The notes under the pieces are model-generated. The model was not told the DNA's origin. It saw nothing but the letters and a program-made list of their open reading frames with translations, and searched no databases. This document shows positions 39,589 to 47,778 of a stretch of DNA of 64,000 nucleotides, in pieces. Numbering within the stretch: position 1 is the stretch's first letter; each line of letters starts with the position of its first letter. This DNA is from Candidatus Spyradenecus sp. (GTDB lineage Bacteria > Verrucomicrobiota > Verrucomicrobiia > Opitutales > UBA953). The stretch spans positions 64,001-128,000 of the forward strand of contig JAZSKX010000017.1 of assembly GCA_045535075.1 (NCBI GenBank), read 5' to 3'. The position numbers and the translations under genes are program-made.

Positions 39589-40482
39589 ATGAAAAAATAC
39601 ATCATTACGACCTCTGCTCTTATCGCAGCTACCGTTGCCGCAAATGCTTGGACGGCATCGGTAGCGAACCGAATTTGGGAGCAGGACACGGAAACGACTG
39701 ATTATCAGTACAAAGAAGTTATTCGTTCGTCGTTTACGCTTGCAAACATAGGGTCAGCCTCAAACAGCACGGACACTCAAATTCACGGGAACAACATGGT
39801 GGTGAATTTTGACGAAGATGCGCGTTATGAGATTACCTTTGAAATGAAGCACTACAAAGGCTTGGGAGATACAAGCCCCGCTTCCGGAATGCTTTCCATG
39901 GTAAGCAAGGGAAATGATGTTTGCATTCTCTTTGGTAATTCTCCGACGCAGATGGGACAATTAGGCGTTCTCTTGGGAGATCGTGCGGATGTTCCGAATA
40001 GTTCCGCACTGGAATCTCTTGCCTTTGGTTCCGCAGGAAATCAGGTTTGGACGATTTTTCCTAACAATCCTCCCTGGGCGACAGGAGATTATCAGTACAC
40101 GCTTATTTTTGAAACGTTTAAAGACCGTTCGATTAACGACAAAATATATTACGGCGTGAAGAATGAGAGCACGGGTTCGTATGGATATCGCCTGGATCTT
40201 CATGCAGGACATCTTGGCGCGGGCGGCGCGACAAGTAAGGTTTTTGACGATATCGGATTCCACCTTACGGGCGACCCCACGTCTGTAGGAGGCAACACCT
40301 CAAGCATGGGTGATGTTACCTTCATCGGAAACGAAGGCGGTGTCCCGCAAAACTCTTTTGTAAAATGGACGCGGACGGCAGTGCCGATTGAGCAACCTGC
40401 CGTTCCGGAACCGTCGGCATTTGGTTTATTGGCTGGCTTGGGGGCGCTTGCACTTGTCGGCACGCGCCGCCGACGCCGCTAA
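39589..40482 (+). CDS. PEP-CTERM surface protein, 297 aa
   Basis: Signal MKKYIITTSALIAATVAANA; C-terminus VPEPSAFGLLAGLGALALVGTRRRRR. Confidence 0.9.
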   Translation: MKKYIITTSALIAATVAANAWTASVANRIWEQDTETTDYQYKEVIRSSFTLANIGSASNSTDTQIHGNNMVVNFDEDARYEITFEMKHYKGLGDTSPASGMLSMVSKGNDVCILFGNSPTQMGQLGVLLGDRADVPNSSALESLAFGSAGNQVWTIFPNNPPWATGDYQYTLIFETFKDRSINDKIYYGVKNESTGSYGYRLDLHAGHLGAGGATSKVFDDIGFHLTGDPTSVGGNTSSMGDVTFIGNEGGVPQNSFVKWTRTAVPIEQPAVPEPSAFGLLAGLGALALVGTRRRRR

Positions 40483-40522
40483 GGGAAAATAACGCCTCGC
40501 GCGTTCGATTTCCCTTTTAGTC

Positions 40523-40558
40523 GCGTTCCCGTGATTGATTTCACGGGAACGCTTTTTT
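40523..40558 (+). terminator. Terminator formed by an inverted motif pair
   Basis: GCGTTCCCGTGA-ttgatt-TCACGGGAACGC-TTTTTT. Confidence 0.88.
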
Positions 40559-40571
40559 GTATATGATTTCC

Positions 40572-41825
40572 TTAGCGTTCGATTTCGTGGAGGAAAAGGC
40601 CGCTGCGCAGCTTCGGTTCAAACCACGTTGATTTCGGCGGCATGATTTCGCCCGCGTCGGCGACGCTGAACAAATCCGCCATCGTTACGGGATAAAGCGC
40701 AAACGCAACGGCGTTCCCGTCTTCCTTGCAACGGCGTTCCAATTCCGCTATCCCGCGAATCCCTCCGACGAAATCAATGCGCGAATCCGTACGCGGGTCG
40801 GCAATGCCGAGAACCGGCGCGAGCAAATTCGCCTGCAAAATCGCACAATCGAGCGATTCAATCGGGTGGGCTTCGTCAAACGTTCCCGCCTTTGCCGTCA
40901 CGGAATACCAATTTCCGCCAAGGAACATTCCAAATTCATGCTTCTTTTTCGGAGCGTATCCGTTTTCTGAATACGCCACGGGAACGACGTCGAATTTTTC
41001 GGAAATTTTCGCAAGAAAATCCGCTTCGCTCAATCCGTTCAAATCGCGAACGACACGATTGTAATCCATGATGAACAAATCTTCGTCGCAGAAGATCACC
41101 GCCATGAGAAAGTTAAATTCCTCTTCACCCGTGAAATCCGGATGCGCGGCGCGGCGGCGCGCGGAAACGGCCGCGGAAGAAGCGGTGCGGTGATGCCCGT
41201 CGGCAATGTAAAGCGCGGGAACTTCAGCAAAACCTTGTCGGATAGCGGCAATCGCCGTGTCGTCGTCAACCTTCCAAAGAATGTGGGAAACGCCGTCGTC
41301 GGTTTTGAAATCGTAATCCGGCTTGTGGAATTTAATCCATTCGCGCATCACGGTCGCAATGCCTTCGTGCTTGCGGTATGCGAGGAACACGGGCTCGGTT
41401 TGCGTGGAGCATGTATCGAAATGACGGATACGATCGAGCTCTTTTTCCTTACGCGTCAATTCGTGTTTCTTGATCGTGTTGTCGAGATATTCGTCGACAC
41501 TTGCACAGGCGACGATTCCGGTTTGCACGCGCCCCCACATCATTTGACGATAAATGTAGTAACAGGGTTTTTCGTCACGGACGAGCGTGCCTTCCGCGAT
41601 AAATTTTTCCAGATTTTCCCGCGATTTTTCATAAGTGATGTCGTCGTGGATTTGCGCTTCGGACGTATCAATGTCCGCGCGGCAAATGTGGAGAAACGAC
41701 TGTGCGTTCCCGCGAGCCATTGCAGCGGCTTCGGTGTGATTCATCACGTCGTACGGGAGCGACGAAACTTTTTCGACGAGATTTTTCGGGGGCCGCAATG
41801 CGGCGAAAGGACGAATGTTTGCCAT
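40572..41825 (-). CDS. DUF1015 family protein
   Basis: IRPFAALRP, SLPYDV, IKKHELT, YIADGHHR, MPPKSTWFEPKLRSGL. Confidence 0.9.
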   Translation of the reverse strand: MANIRPFAALRPPKNLVEKVSSLPYDVMNHTEAAAMARGNAQSFLHICRADIDTSEAQIHDDITYEKSRENLEKFIAEGTLVRDEKPCYYIYRQMMWGRVQTGIVACASVDEYLDNTIKKHELTRKEKELDRIRHFDTCSTQTEPVFLAYRKHEGIATVMREWIKFHKPDYDFKTDDGVSHILWKVDDDTAIAAIRQGFAEVPALYIADGHHRTASSAAVSARRRAAHPDFTGEEEFNFLMAVIFCDEDLFIMDYNRVVRDLNGLSEADFLAKISEKFDVVPVAYSENGYAPKKKHEFGMFLGGNWYSVTAKAGTFDEAHPIESLDCAILQANLLAPVLGIADPRTDSRIDFVGGIRGIAELERRCKEDGNAVAFALYPVTMADLFSVADAGEIMPPKSTWFEPKLRSGLFLHEIER

Positions 41826-41842
41826 GATTTTTCCGTAAAAAT

Positions 41843-43105
41843 TTATTGCGCGAGTGCTTGAGTAAGATCGGCAATGATGTCGTCAACATTTTCGAGCCCG
41901 ACGGAAATGCGGACGAGCCCTTGCGGGATTCCCGCCGCCGCGAGTTGTTCGTCGGTAAGCTGGCGATGCGTCGAACTTGCCGGATGCAACGCACAAGTAC
42001 GAATATCGGCAACGTGGACGCATTGCGTGGCAAGCTTAAGCGAATCGAGGAATTTTGCGGCACCTTCACGCCCGCCTTTGACAACAACGCTCATCACGCC
42101 GGCACAACCGTTCGGCAGATATTTTTGCGCGAGCGCGTGATATTTGTCGCCCGGAAGTCCCGGATAAGCGACGGATTCGATTTGCGGGTGCGCCGCAAGG
42201 AATTCCGCCACTTTCTGCGCATTGCGACTGTATTGCGGCATACGAACCGCGAGTGTTTCCAAGCCGATATTCAGTAAAAACGCCGAATTTGCGGACGGGG
42301 TAACGCCAAGATCACGCATCAGTTGGACACGCGCTTTGACGATGTAGGCGAGATTCCCGAATGTTTCCGTGTAAATAATTCCGTGATACGAATCGTCCGG
42401 CTCGGTGAATTCCGGGAACTTCCCGTTCGCCCAATTAAATTTTCCGGAATCGACGATGACGCCGCCGACGCAAAGCGCGTGCCCGTCCATGTATTTTGTC
42501 GTCGAATGCGTAACAATATCGGCGCCGAAGTCAATCGGGCGGCAAAGCACCGGCGTCGGGAACGTGTTGTCGATAATGAGCGGAATCCCGTTATCGTGCG
42601 CGATTTTTGCGAGTTTTTCGATGTCGCAAACGGCGAGCGCCGGATTCGCGAGCGTTTCGCCGAAAATTGCTTTGGTGTTCGGACGAATCGCTTTTTGAAT
42701 TTCTTCAGCGGGAGCGTCGGCATCGACAAAGGTGCAATCAATCCCGAAGCGCTTCATCGTCACGGCAAAGAGATTAACGGTCCCGCCGTAAATCGCGGCA
42801 GCGGAAACGAAATGGTCTCCCGCTTTGAGAATCGTCATCAGCGCGACGAACGACGCGGCTTGTCCGGACGACGTGCACATCGCGGCGACACCGCCTTCGA
42901 GCGCGGCGATTTTCTGTTCGACGGCATCGACGGTCGGGTTCGACAGGCGGGAATAAAAATGCCCGGCGGCGGAGAGGTCAAAAAGCTTGCCGATGTGATT
43001 CGTGGAATCGTATTTAAACGTCGTGCTTTGGTAAATCGGGAGGGCGCGCGGTTCGCCGTTTTTCGGCGCATAGCCGGCGTGAAGGCATAGAGTTTCTTTT
43101 TGCAT
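41843..43105 (-). CDS. metY: O-acetylhomoserine aminocarboxypropyltransferase (sulfhydrylase)
   Basis: PIYQSTTF, YSRLSNPT, IDNTF, HSTTKYMDGH, HPASSTHRQL; start MQKETL at 43105. Confidence 0.9.
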   Translation of the reverse strand: MQKETLCLHAGYAPKNGEPRALPIYQSTTFKYDSTNHIGKLFDLSAAGHFYSRLSNPTVDAVEQKIAALEGGVAAMCTSSGQAASFVALMTILKAGDHFVSAAAIYGGTVNLFAVTMKRFGIDCTFVDADAPAEEIQKAIRPNTKAIFGETLANPALAVCDIEKLAKIAHDNGIPLIIDNTFPTPVLCRPIDFGADIVTHSTTKYMDGHALCVGGVIVDSGKFNWANGKFPEFTEPDDSYHGIIYTETFGNLAYIVKARVQLMRDLGVTPSANSAFLLNIGLETLAVRMPQYSRNAQKVAEFLAAHPQIESVAYPGLPGDKYHALAQKYLPNGCAGVMSVVVKGGREGAAKFLDSLKLATQCVHVADIRTCALHPASSTHRQLTDEQLAAAGIPQGLVRISVGLENVDDIIADLTQALAQ

Positions 43106-43198
43106 AGGTTTTTGAATTTTTGCGGGAACGATTCGATTTCTCAATAATGAATTGGAAGAACGGGCGTTCCCGCGAGGTTTAAGGAATTTGAAAGAAGA

Positions 43199-44332
43199 TT
43201 ACGCTTGTTCGGTTTTGAGGGCGCGTTTTTCGCCTGTCGCATAGCGTTCAAGGTCGCTGACCATATTGCTCCAATCGAATTCGCGCGACATTTTTTCGAT
43301 ATTCAAACGCAGTTCGCCGAGAAGCCGATCGTCGGAAATCAGCGATAGAGTTTCACTCGTGAGCGTTGCGATTTCGGTTTGCGGAATCATAAGTCCGGCA
43401 CCTTTTTCCCGGAAAAATTTTGCATTCGCTTCCTGGTGATTATCCGCTGCGAACGGATAAGGAACGAGAATCGCGGGAACGCCGCAAGCAACGAATTCGG
43501 CGAGAGAGCCGGCACCAGAGCGCGAAACGACGAGATCTGCAGCGGAAAGAGCTGCAGACATATCGTCGCAAAACGACGTAAAGCGAACAAAAACCGCATC
43601 TCCGCTACGGGAACGATATTCGGCGGTTGTTTCCGCTGCTGCCGCGTTTTTATTCGGACCGGTTACACAGAAAACGGAAACTCCATTGTCGATAAAACGC
43701 TGTAAATCCTGCGTGATCCAATCGTTTAGCGGCTTAGCACCTTGGCTTCCGCCGAAAATCGCGAGAAGTTTTCCGCTTGCGGGAACGGCGATTTTTTGCC
43801 GCGACTCCGCCTTATCCTGCGGGAACATTTCTTTGCGCACGGGAAATCCGGTCGAACGCACGGCAAGCGGAGTAATTCCCTTAAGTCGTACTCCGGGCGG
43901 AAGATAAACGCGCGTCGCAATCCGGCTCATCCAACGAACAGCCTTCCCGGGAACGCGATTCGCCTCGTGAAGCACGACGGGAATGAAAAGCAGGCGACTG
44001 GCAATCGCAAGCCCGACCGTAAGAAAGCCGCCGAAGCTGACGAATGCCGCCGGACGTCTCCTCAAAAAGAGCGAAAAGCCAAACGCAAGCGACTGGAAAA
44101 GATTGAAAAGAAATTTGAAAAATCCCTTAGGCGAAAGCGAAAAAGCACAACCCGGCGCCTGCATAAATTCAAGCGATGCATACTTTCCCGCAAGCCGCGT
44201 GTCGATTTTCTTTTTACTGACGAGCAACGTGCAGTGAAACCCTTTTTCGGTAAGACGTTCGGCGAGCGCAATTCCCGGCGAGAGGTGTCCGCCGGTGCCG
44301 CCGCAGGCAATGATGAAGCTTTTCTTTTTCAT
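43199..44332 (-). CDS. murG: Lipid II GlcNAc transferase MurG
   Basis: GGTGGHLSPG, HEAN, GGSQGA, SRSGAGS, DNHQEANA. Confidence 0.95.
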   Translation of the reverse strand: MKKKSFIIACGGTGGHLSPGIALAERLTEKGFHCTLLVSKKKIDTRLAGKYASLEFMQAPGCAFSLSPKGFFKFLFNLFQSLAFGFSLFLRRRPAAFVSFGGFLTVGLAIASRLLFIPVVLHEANRVPGKAVRWMSRIATRVYLPPGVRLKGITPLAVRSTGFPVRKEMFPQDKAESRQKIAVPASGKLLAIFGGSQGAKPLNDWITQDLQRFIDNGVSVFCVTGPNKNAAAAETTAEYRSRSGDAVFVRFTSFCDDMSAALSAADLVVSRSGAGSLAEFVACGVPAILVPYPFAADNHQEANAKFFREKGAGLMIPQTEIATLTSETLSLISDDRLLGELRLNIEKMSREFDWSNMVSDLERYATGEKRALKTEQA

Positions 44333-45607
44333 TTAAAATTCCGAAGGCCGCGGGAGTACCGACGCCGGCCAATTGCGAATCGCATTACAAATCAATCCGA
44401 CAAAAACAAACATTACGACAAGATTACTTCCCCCGTAACTGATAAACGGGAGCGACATCCCTTTCGTCGGAAGCAATCCGAGATTAACAAGCATGTTGAT
44501 AAGCGCTTGTAAAAAAATAAAGAGCGACGCCCCCAAACAAATGTTGAAGTAAAACACGTCAGCGATTTTCCGAAGTTGCACGAGGATAAGCCCGAAAAGC
44601 ACCAAAAACAGAACGGGAATAAGGACGGTCCCGCAGAAGCCGAGCTCTTCACCGATAACGGCAAAAACACAATCGGTATGCGCTTCGGGAAGAAAACCGC
44701 GATAAATCATACCGTTGCCGAGGCCTTCGCCGTAAAGCCTCCCGTTGGCAAAGCCCGTAAGCGCTTGCCAAAGCTGATAGCTGTCATCCGCCTTGAGTTC
44801 TTCGGTGTATAAAAAAGAAAGAAACCGCCGCCAACGATTTTCCGAAAACACTTCGATTTTCTGCTCTATTTCCGGAAACCATTTCATCAGAAAAAGCATC
44901 ACCGGAATCGCCGCCGCGCCGAACGCAAGCGTAGGAATGACGGACCAAATGAAATAACAGAGGCGCGCTCCCGCCAAAAAAAGCATCGTCAATCCGACAG
45001 CCGCGCAAAGCGCCGTCGTTCCCAAATCCGGCTCGATGACAATTCCCGCACAAACCGCACCGATAATGCTACAGGGAATCAAAAAACCTCGAAAAAAATC
45101 ATTCATCGCGTCGCGCGTCGGAAGCGGAATTTTCCTGCGGGAACGCTTAAACCATTTAAACTGTGCCGGAAGAAAATAGCGGCGGGAACCCGCAAGACAA
45201 TGCGCCAAAACAAAAACAAGAGCGACTTTCGCGGGATCGCTGACTTGGAGATTGAACGGGCCCAAATCAACCCAACGGCGGGAACCGTTGACAACCTTCC
45301 CGAAGCCGGGAATATAAATCGAAAGAAGTAGCAAAAGCGCCGCGCCGAAAATCCACCAAACGTATTTGCGGAAATATTCGAGGTTTATTCGCGAAAAAAC
45401 AAAATAAGCGACGACCGCGGGAACAAGGTACATCGCCTGCATGTAAGCCGTGTAAAGCGGCTCTTTGCTATTATGGTATTGCCCGGCGCTTGTTTGGATA
45501 ATTATCCCGAGAAGAGAAAGCAACAGGGCGATAAAAAAGATTAACCCCGCTTCAAAAGAGATGCGGGGAAATCTTGAATCATCCGACTTGCCTAAATATT
45601 CCGGCAT
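44333..45607 (-). CDS. ftsW: Cell division protein FtsW (SEDS family)
   Basis: NGSRRW, EPDLGT, LPEAHTDCVFAVIGEELG, LPTKGMSLPFISYGGS; located upstream of murG. Confidence 0.9.
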   Translation of the reverse strand: MPEYLGKSDDSRFPRISFEAGLIFFIALLLSLLGIIIQTSAGQYHNSKEPLYTAYMQAMYLVPAVVAYFVFSRINLEYFRKYVWWIFGAALLLLLSIYIPGFGKVVNGSRRWVDLGPFNLQVSDPAKVALVFVLAHCLAGSRRYFLPAQFKWFKRSRRKIPLPTRDAMNDFFRGFLIPCSIIGAVCAGIVIEPDLGTTALCAAVGLTMLFLAGARLCYFIWSVIPTLAFGAAAIPVMLFLMKWFPEIEQKIEVFSENRWRRFLSFLYTEELKADDSYQLWQALTGFANGRLYGEGLGNGMIYRGFLPEAHTDCVFAVIGEELGFCGTVLIPVLFLVLFGLILVQLRKIADVFYFNICLGASLFIFLQALINMLVNLGLLPTKGMSLPFISYGGSNLVVMFVFVGLICNAIRNWPASVLPRPSEF

Positions 45608-45616
45608 GTCGTCGGT

Positions 45617-46366
45617 TTACTCGAGCGGTTCGACCGGCATTTCGTCGACTTCGGGCTCTTCCGGAACAACCGGCTCTTCGACCGGTGCCGGATCGGCGAC
45701 AACCGGTTCTTCTGCCTTCGGTGCCGGCTTCGGAGCTTCTTCTTTCTTTGCGGGAGCGTCTTTCGCCGGAATAATCAGCTTTTGTCCGATACGAATATTG
45801 TCGCTCGTCAGGTTGTTCGCCTGCTTAATCGCTTTGACCGTCGTTCCGTTGCGGCGGGCAATCGTCCCGAGAAAATCGCCTTTCTTAACGATGTAAACCG
45901 TTCCGTCTGCCGTCGTTTCCGGAGCCGCCGCGGCGCTTTCCGCTTGCCCGGCAGGAACCTTAAGCTTCATGCCGACGCGCAAAATCGCATTTTTGTTGAT
46001 CCCGTTTTCGCGGCAAATCGCGTCAATCGTCGTCTTATGTTTCTTTGCAATAAGCCAAAGGCTGTCGTTGCGCTTAACGACGTAAACCGTCGCATCTTCG
46101 TCTGCCGGAGCGGGTTTCGTTTCCTCTGCGGACGCCGGGGTCGGCTCAACCGGAATCGGCTCTGCGGGAACGTCTTCAACGGCACTTCCGGATACCGGCG
46201 GCTCACTCATGCCGACACTCGGCTCGGTGGACTGCACACCGCTTACCGGCGCATATTGCTGATCATTGCGGGCGCGGGCGGCGCGCGTGCTACAGCCGTT
46301 TACGAGGACGACAAACGCCAGAACGTGCAGGAAAACGACGCTGGAAACGATGGTTAAGGCTTTCAT
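45617..46366 (-). CDS. LysM-domain protein (two LysM), probable lipoprotein
   Basis: YVVKRNDSLWLIAKKH and YIVKKGDFLGTIARRN; lipobox-like LVNGC. Confidence 0.88.
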   Translation of the reverse strand: MKALTIVSSVVFLHVLAFVVLVNGCSTRAARARNDQQYAPVSGVQSTEPSVGMSEPPVSGSAVEDVPAEPIPVEPTPASAEETKPAPADEDATVYVVKRNDSLWLIAKKHKTTIDAICRENGINKNAILRVGMKLKVPAGQAESAAAAPETTADGTVYIVKKGDFLGTIARRNGTTVKAIKQANNLTSDNIRIGQKLIIPAKDAPAKKEEAPKPAPKAEEPVVADPAPVEEPVVPEEPEVDEMPVEPLE

Positions 46367-46407
46367 TTAATTCGATTTTTATTCAGTTTTAAAAGGGAAA
46401 TTTGAAA

Positions 46408-47778
46408 TTATTTTGGCAGAAATTCTGTCCGAGTTTTTGCGTTTGTCGAAACTTTTTTCGAGAAATTGTTTTTTTGAACCTCGCGGTGCGCAACGGACTC
46501 AAAACACTTTCCGCGATCGGCATAGCTTTTAAACATGTCGAAACTGGCAAAACCCGGGCTGAAAAGCACAATTGCACGCGGAGCATTTGAGCGGCAAGCC
46601 GCAGAAAACGCCGCGCAGACGGCGGCATCGAGCGACTCCGAGCGCGTTGCGGGCGTTCCCGTCCCGTCAAAATGCCTGAGTAATTCCGGAGCCGTTTCGC
46701 CGATTAGATAAGCTCCGGAAATTTTCGGTGCAAGCCGCCTGCAAAATGCCGCGAGATCGCCGCCCTTCCCCAGCCCTCCGCCGATCCAAAAAACGGGAAC
46801 TTGCGGGAACGTTTCCAAGGCTGCGTAAACGGCATGAAAATTCGTTCCTTTCGAATCATTCCAAAATTCGATTTGTGTCCCCGCAGACTCGGTGCTTGCA
46901 CAGCAGGCAAGGCGATGAGCCTTCGGAGTAAATCGCCGCGCCGCCGCGTCCAATTCCTCAAGCGGATACCCGTTAGCAAGCCAATACCGCCGCGCAATCG
47001 CATAATTTTCCGCCTGAGGGAACGTGTTGAAAATGCAATTCTCCGGAATTTTTCCGCGTACCTCTTCCCGTGTCGCGACTTGAGTAAACGCGGGGAGCGC
47101 AATCCCGAAGCGCCGCGCCGCCGACGCAACGGACTCGCCGACAATACACGCGCCCGGCGCGTTCCCGCGCATTTGCAACTCCGCGAGCCGGAGTTTCGCG
47201 CGAAAATAACGTTCCTCCGTCCCGTGCCGATCGAGATGATCTTCATCAAAATTCGTCCACAAAAGGTGCTTCGGGCAAAGAGAATTCATACATTCCGCCT
47301 GAAACGAACTGATTTCACAAATCGGGAAATCGACTTTCGGCGCATCGTCAAAAAGTAAAGTCGTAAACGGAATTCCGTTATTGCCGACGGCAACGGAAGT
47401 TCTTCCCGCCTCGTGATGAGCAAACGCGAGAAATTCCGTCAGCGTCGTTTTCCCGTTCGTTCCCGTAACGGCAGTAAGATTTTTCGCCCCGGGACAATGC
47501 CTCGCGTGCCAATATTTTGCCGCATAATCCGGCTCAATGATGCACGGAAGATTTTCCTCGCGAGCGGTTTTCAGCCAAGGATGCTCCGGCGGGAAACCCG
47601 GGCTGTAGACGACGCATCCGTGTTCCCGCGCATATTCCCGCGTGAAATCCGTACGCGCACCGCCGATGCCGGATTTGTCATAAACGATGAACGCTTTTTT
47701 CGCTTCCGTAAGCCATTTCCCGACAGCATTTCCGCTCACGCCTGCGCCGAAAATCGCACAAGTTTTTTCCGAACTCAT
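46408..47778 (-). CDS. murD: UDP-MurNAc-L-Ala:D-Glu ligase
   Basis: VTGTNGKTT, EISSFQ, DHLDRH, NDSKGTN, FSPGFASFDMF. Confidence 0.93.
   Translation of the reverse strand: MSSEKTCAIFGAGVSGNAVGKWLTEAKKAFIVYDKSGIGGARTDFTREYAREHGCVVYSPGFPPEHPWLKTAREENLPCIIEPDYAAKYWHARHCPGAKNLTAVTGTNGKTTLTEFLAFAHHEAGRTSVAVGNNGIPFTTLLFDDAPKVDFPICEISSFQAECMNSLCPKHLLWTNFDEDHLDRHGTEERYFRAKLRLAELQMRGNAPGACIVGESVASAARRFGIALPAFTQVATREEVRGKIPENCIFNTFPQAENYAIARRYWLANGYPLEELDAAARRFTPKAHRLACCASTESAGTQIEFWNDSKGTNFHAVYAALETFPQVPVFWIGGGLGKGGDLAAFCRRLAPKISGAYLIGETAPELLRHFDGTGTPATRSESLDAAVCAAFSAACRSNAPRAIVLFSPGFASFDMFKSYADRGKCFESVAHREVQKNNFSKKVSTNAKTRTEFLPK

Noticed and set aside
43106..43198. SAM riboswitch or T-box upstream of metY
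   Set aside because: The gap is only about 90 bp, holds a motif pair, and shows no riboswitch consensus.
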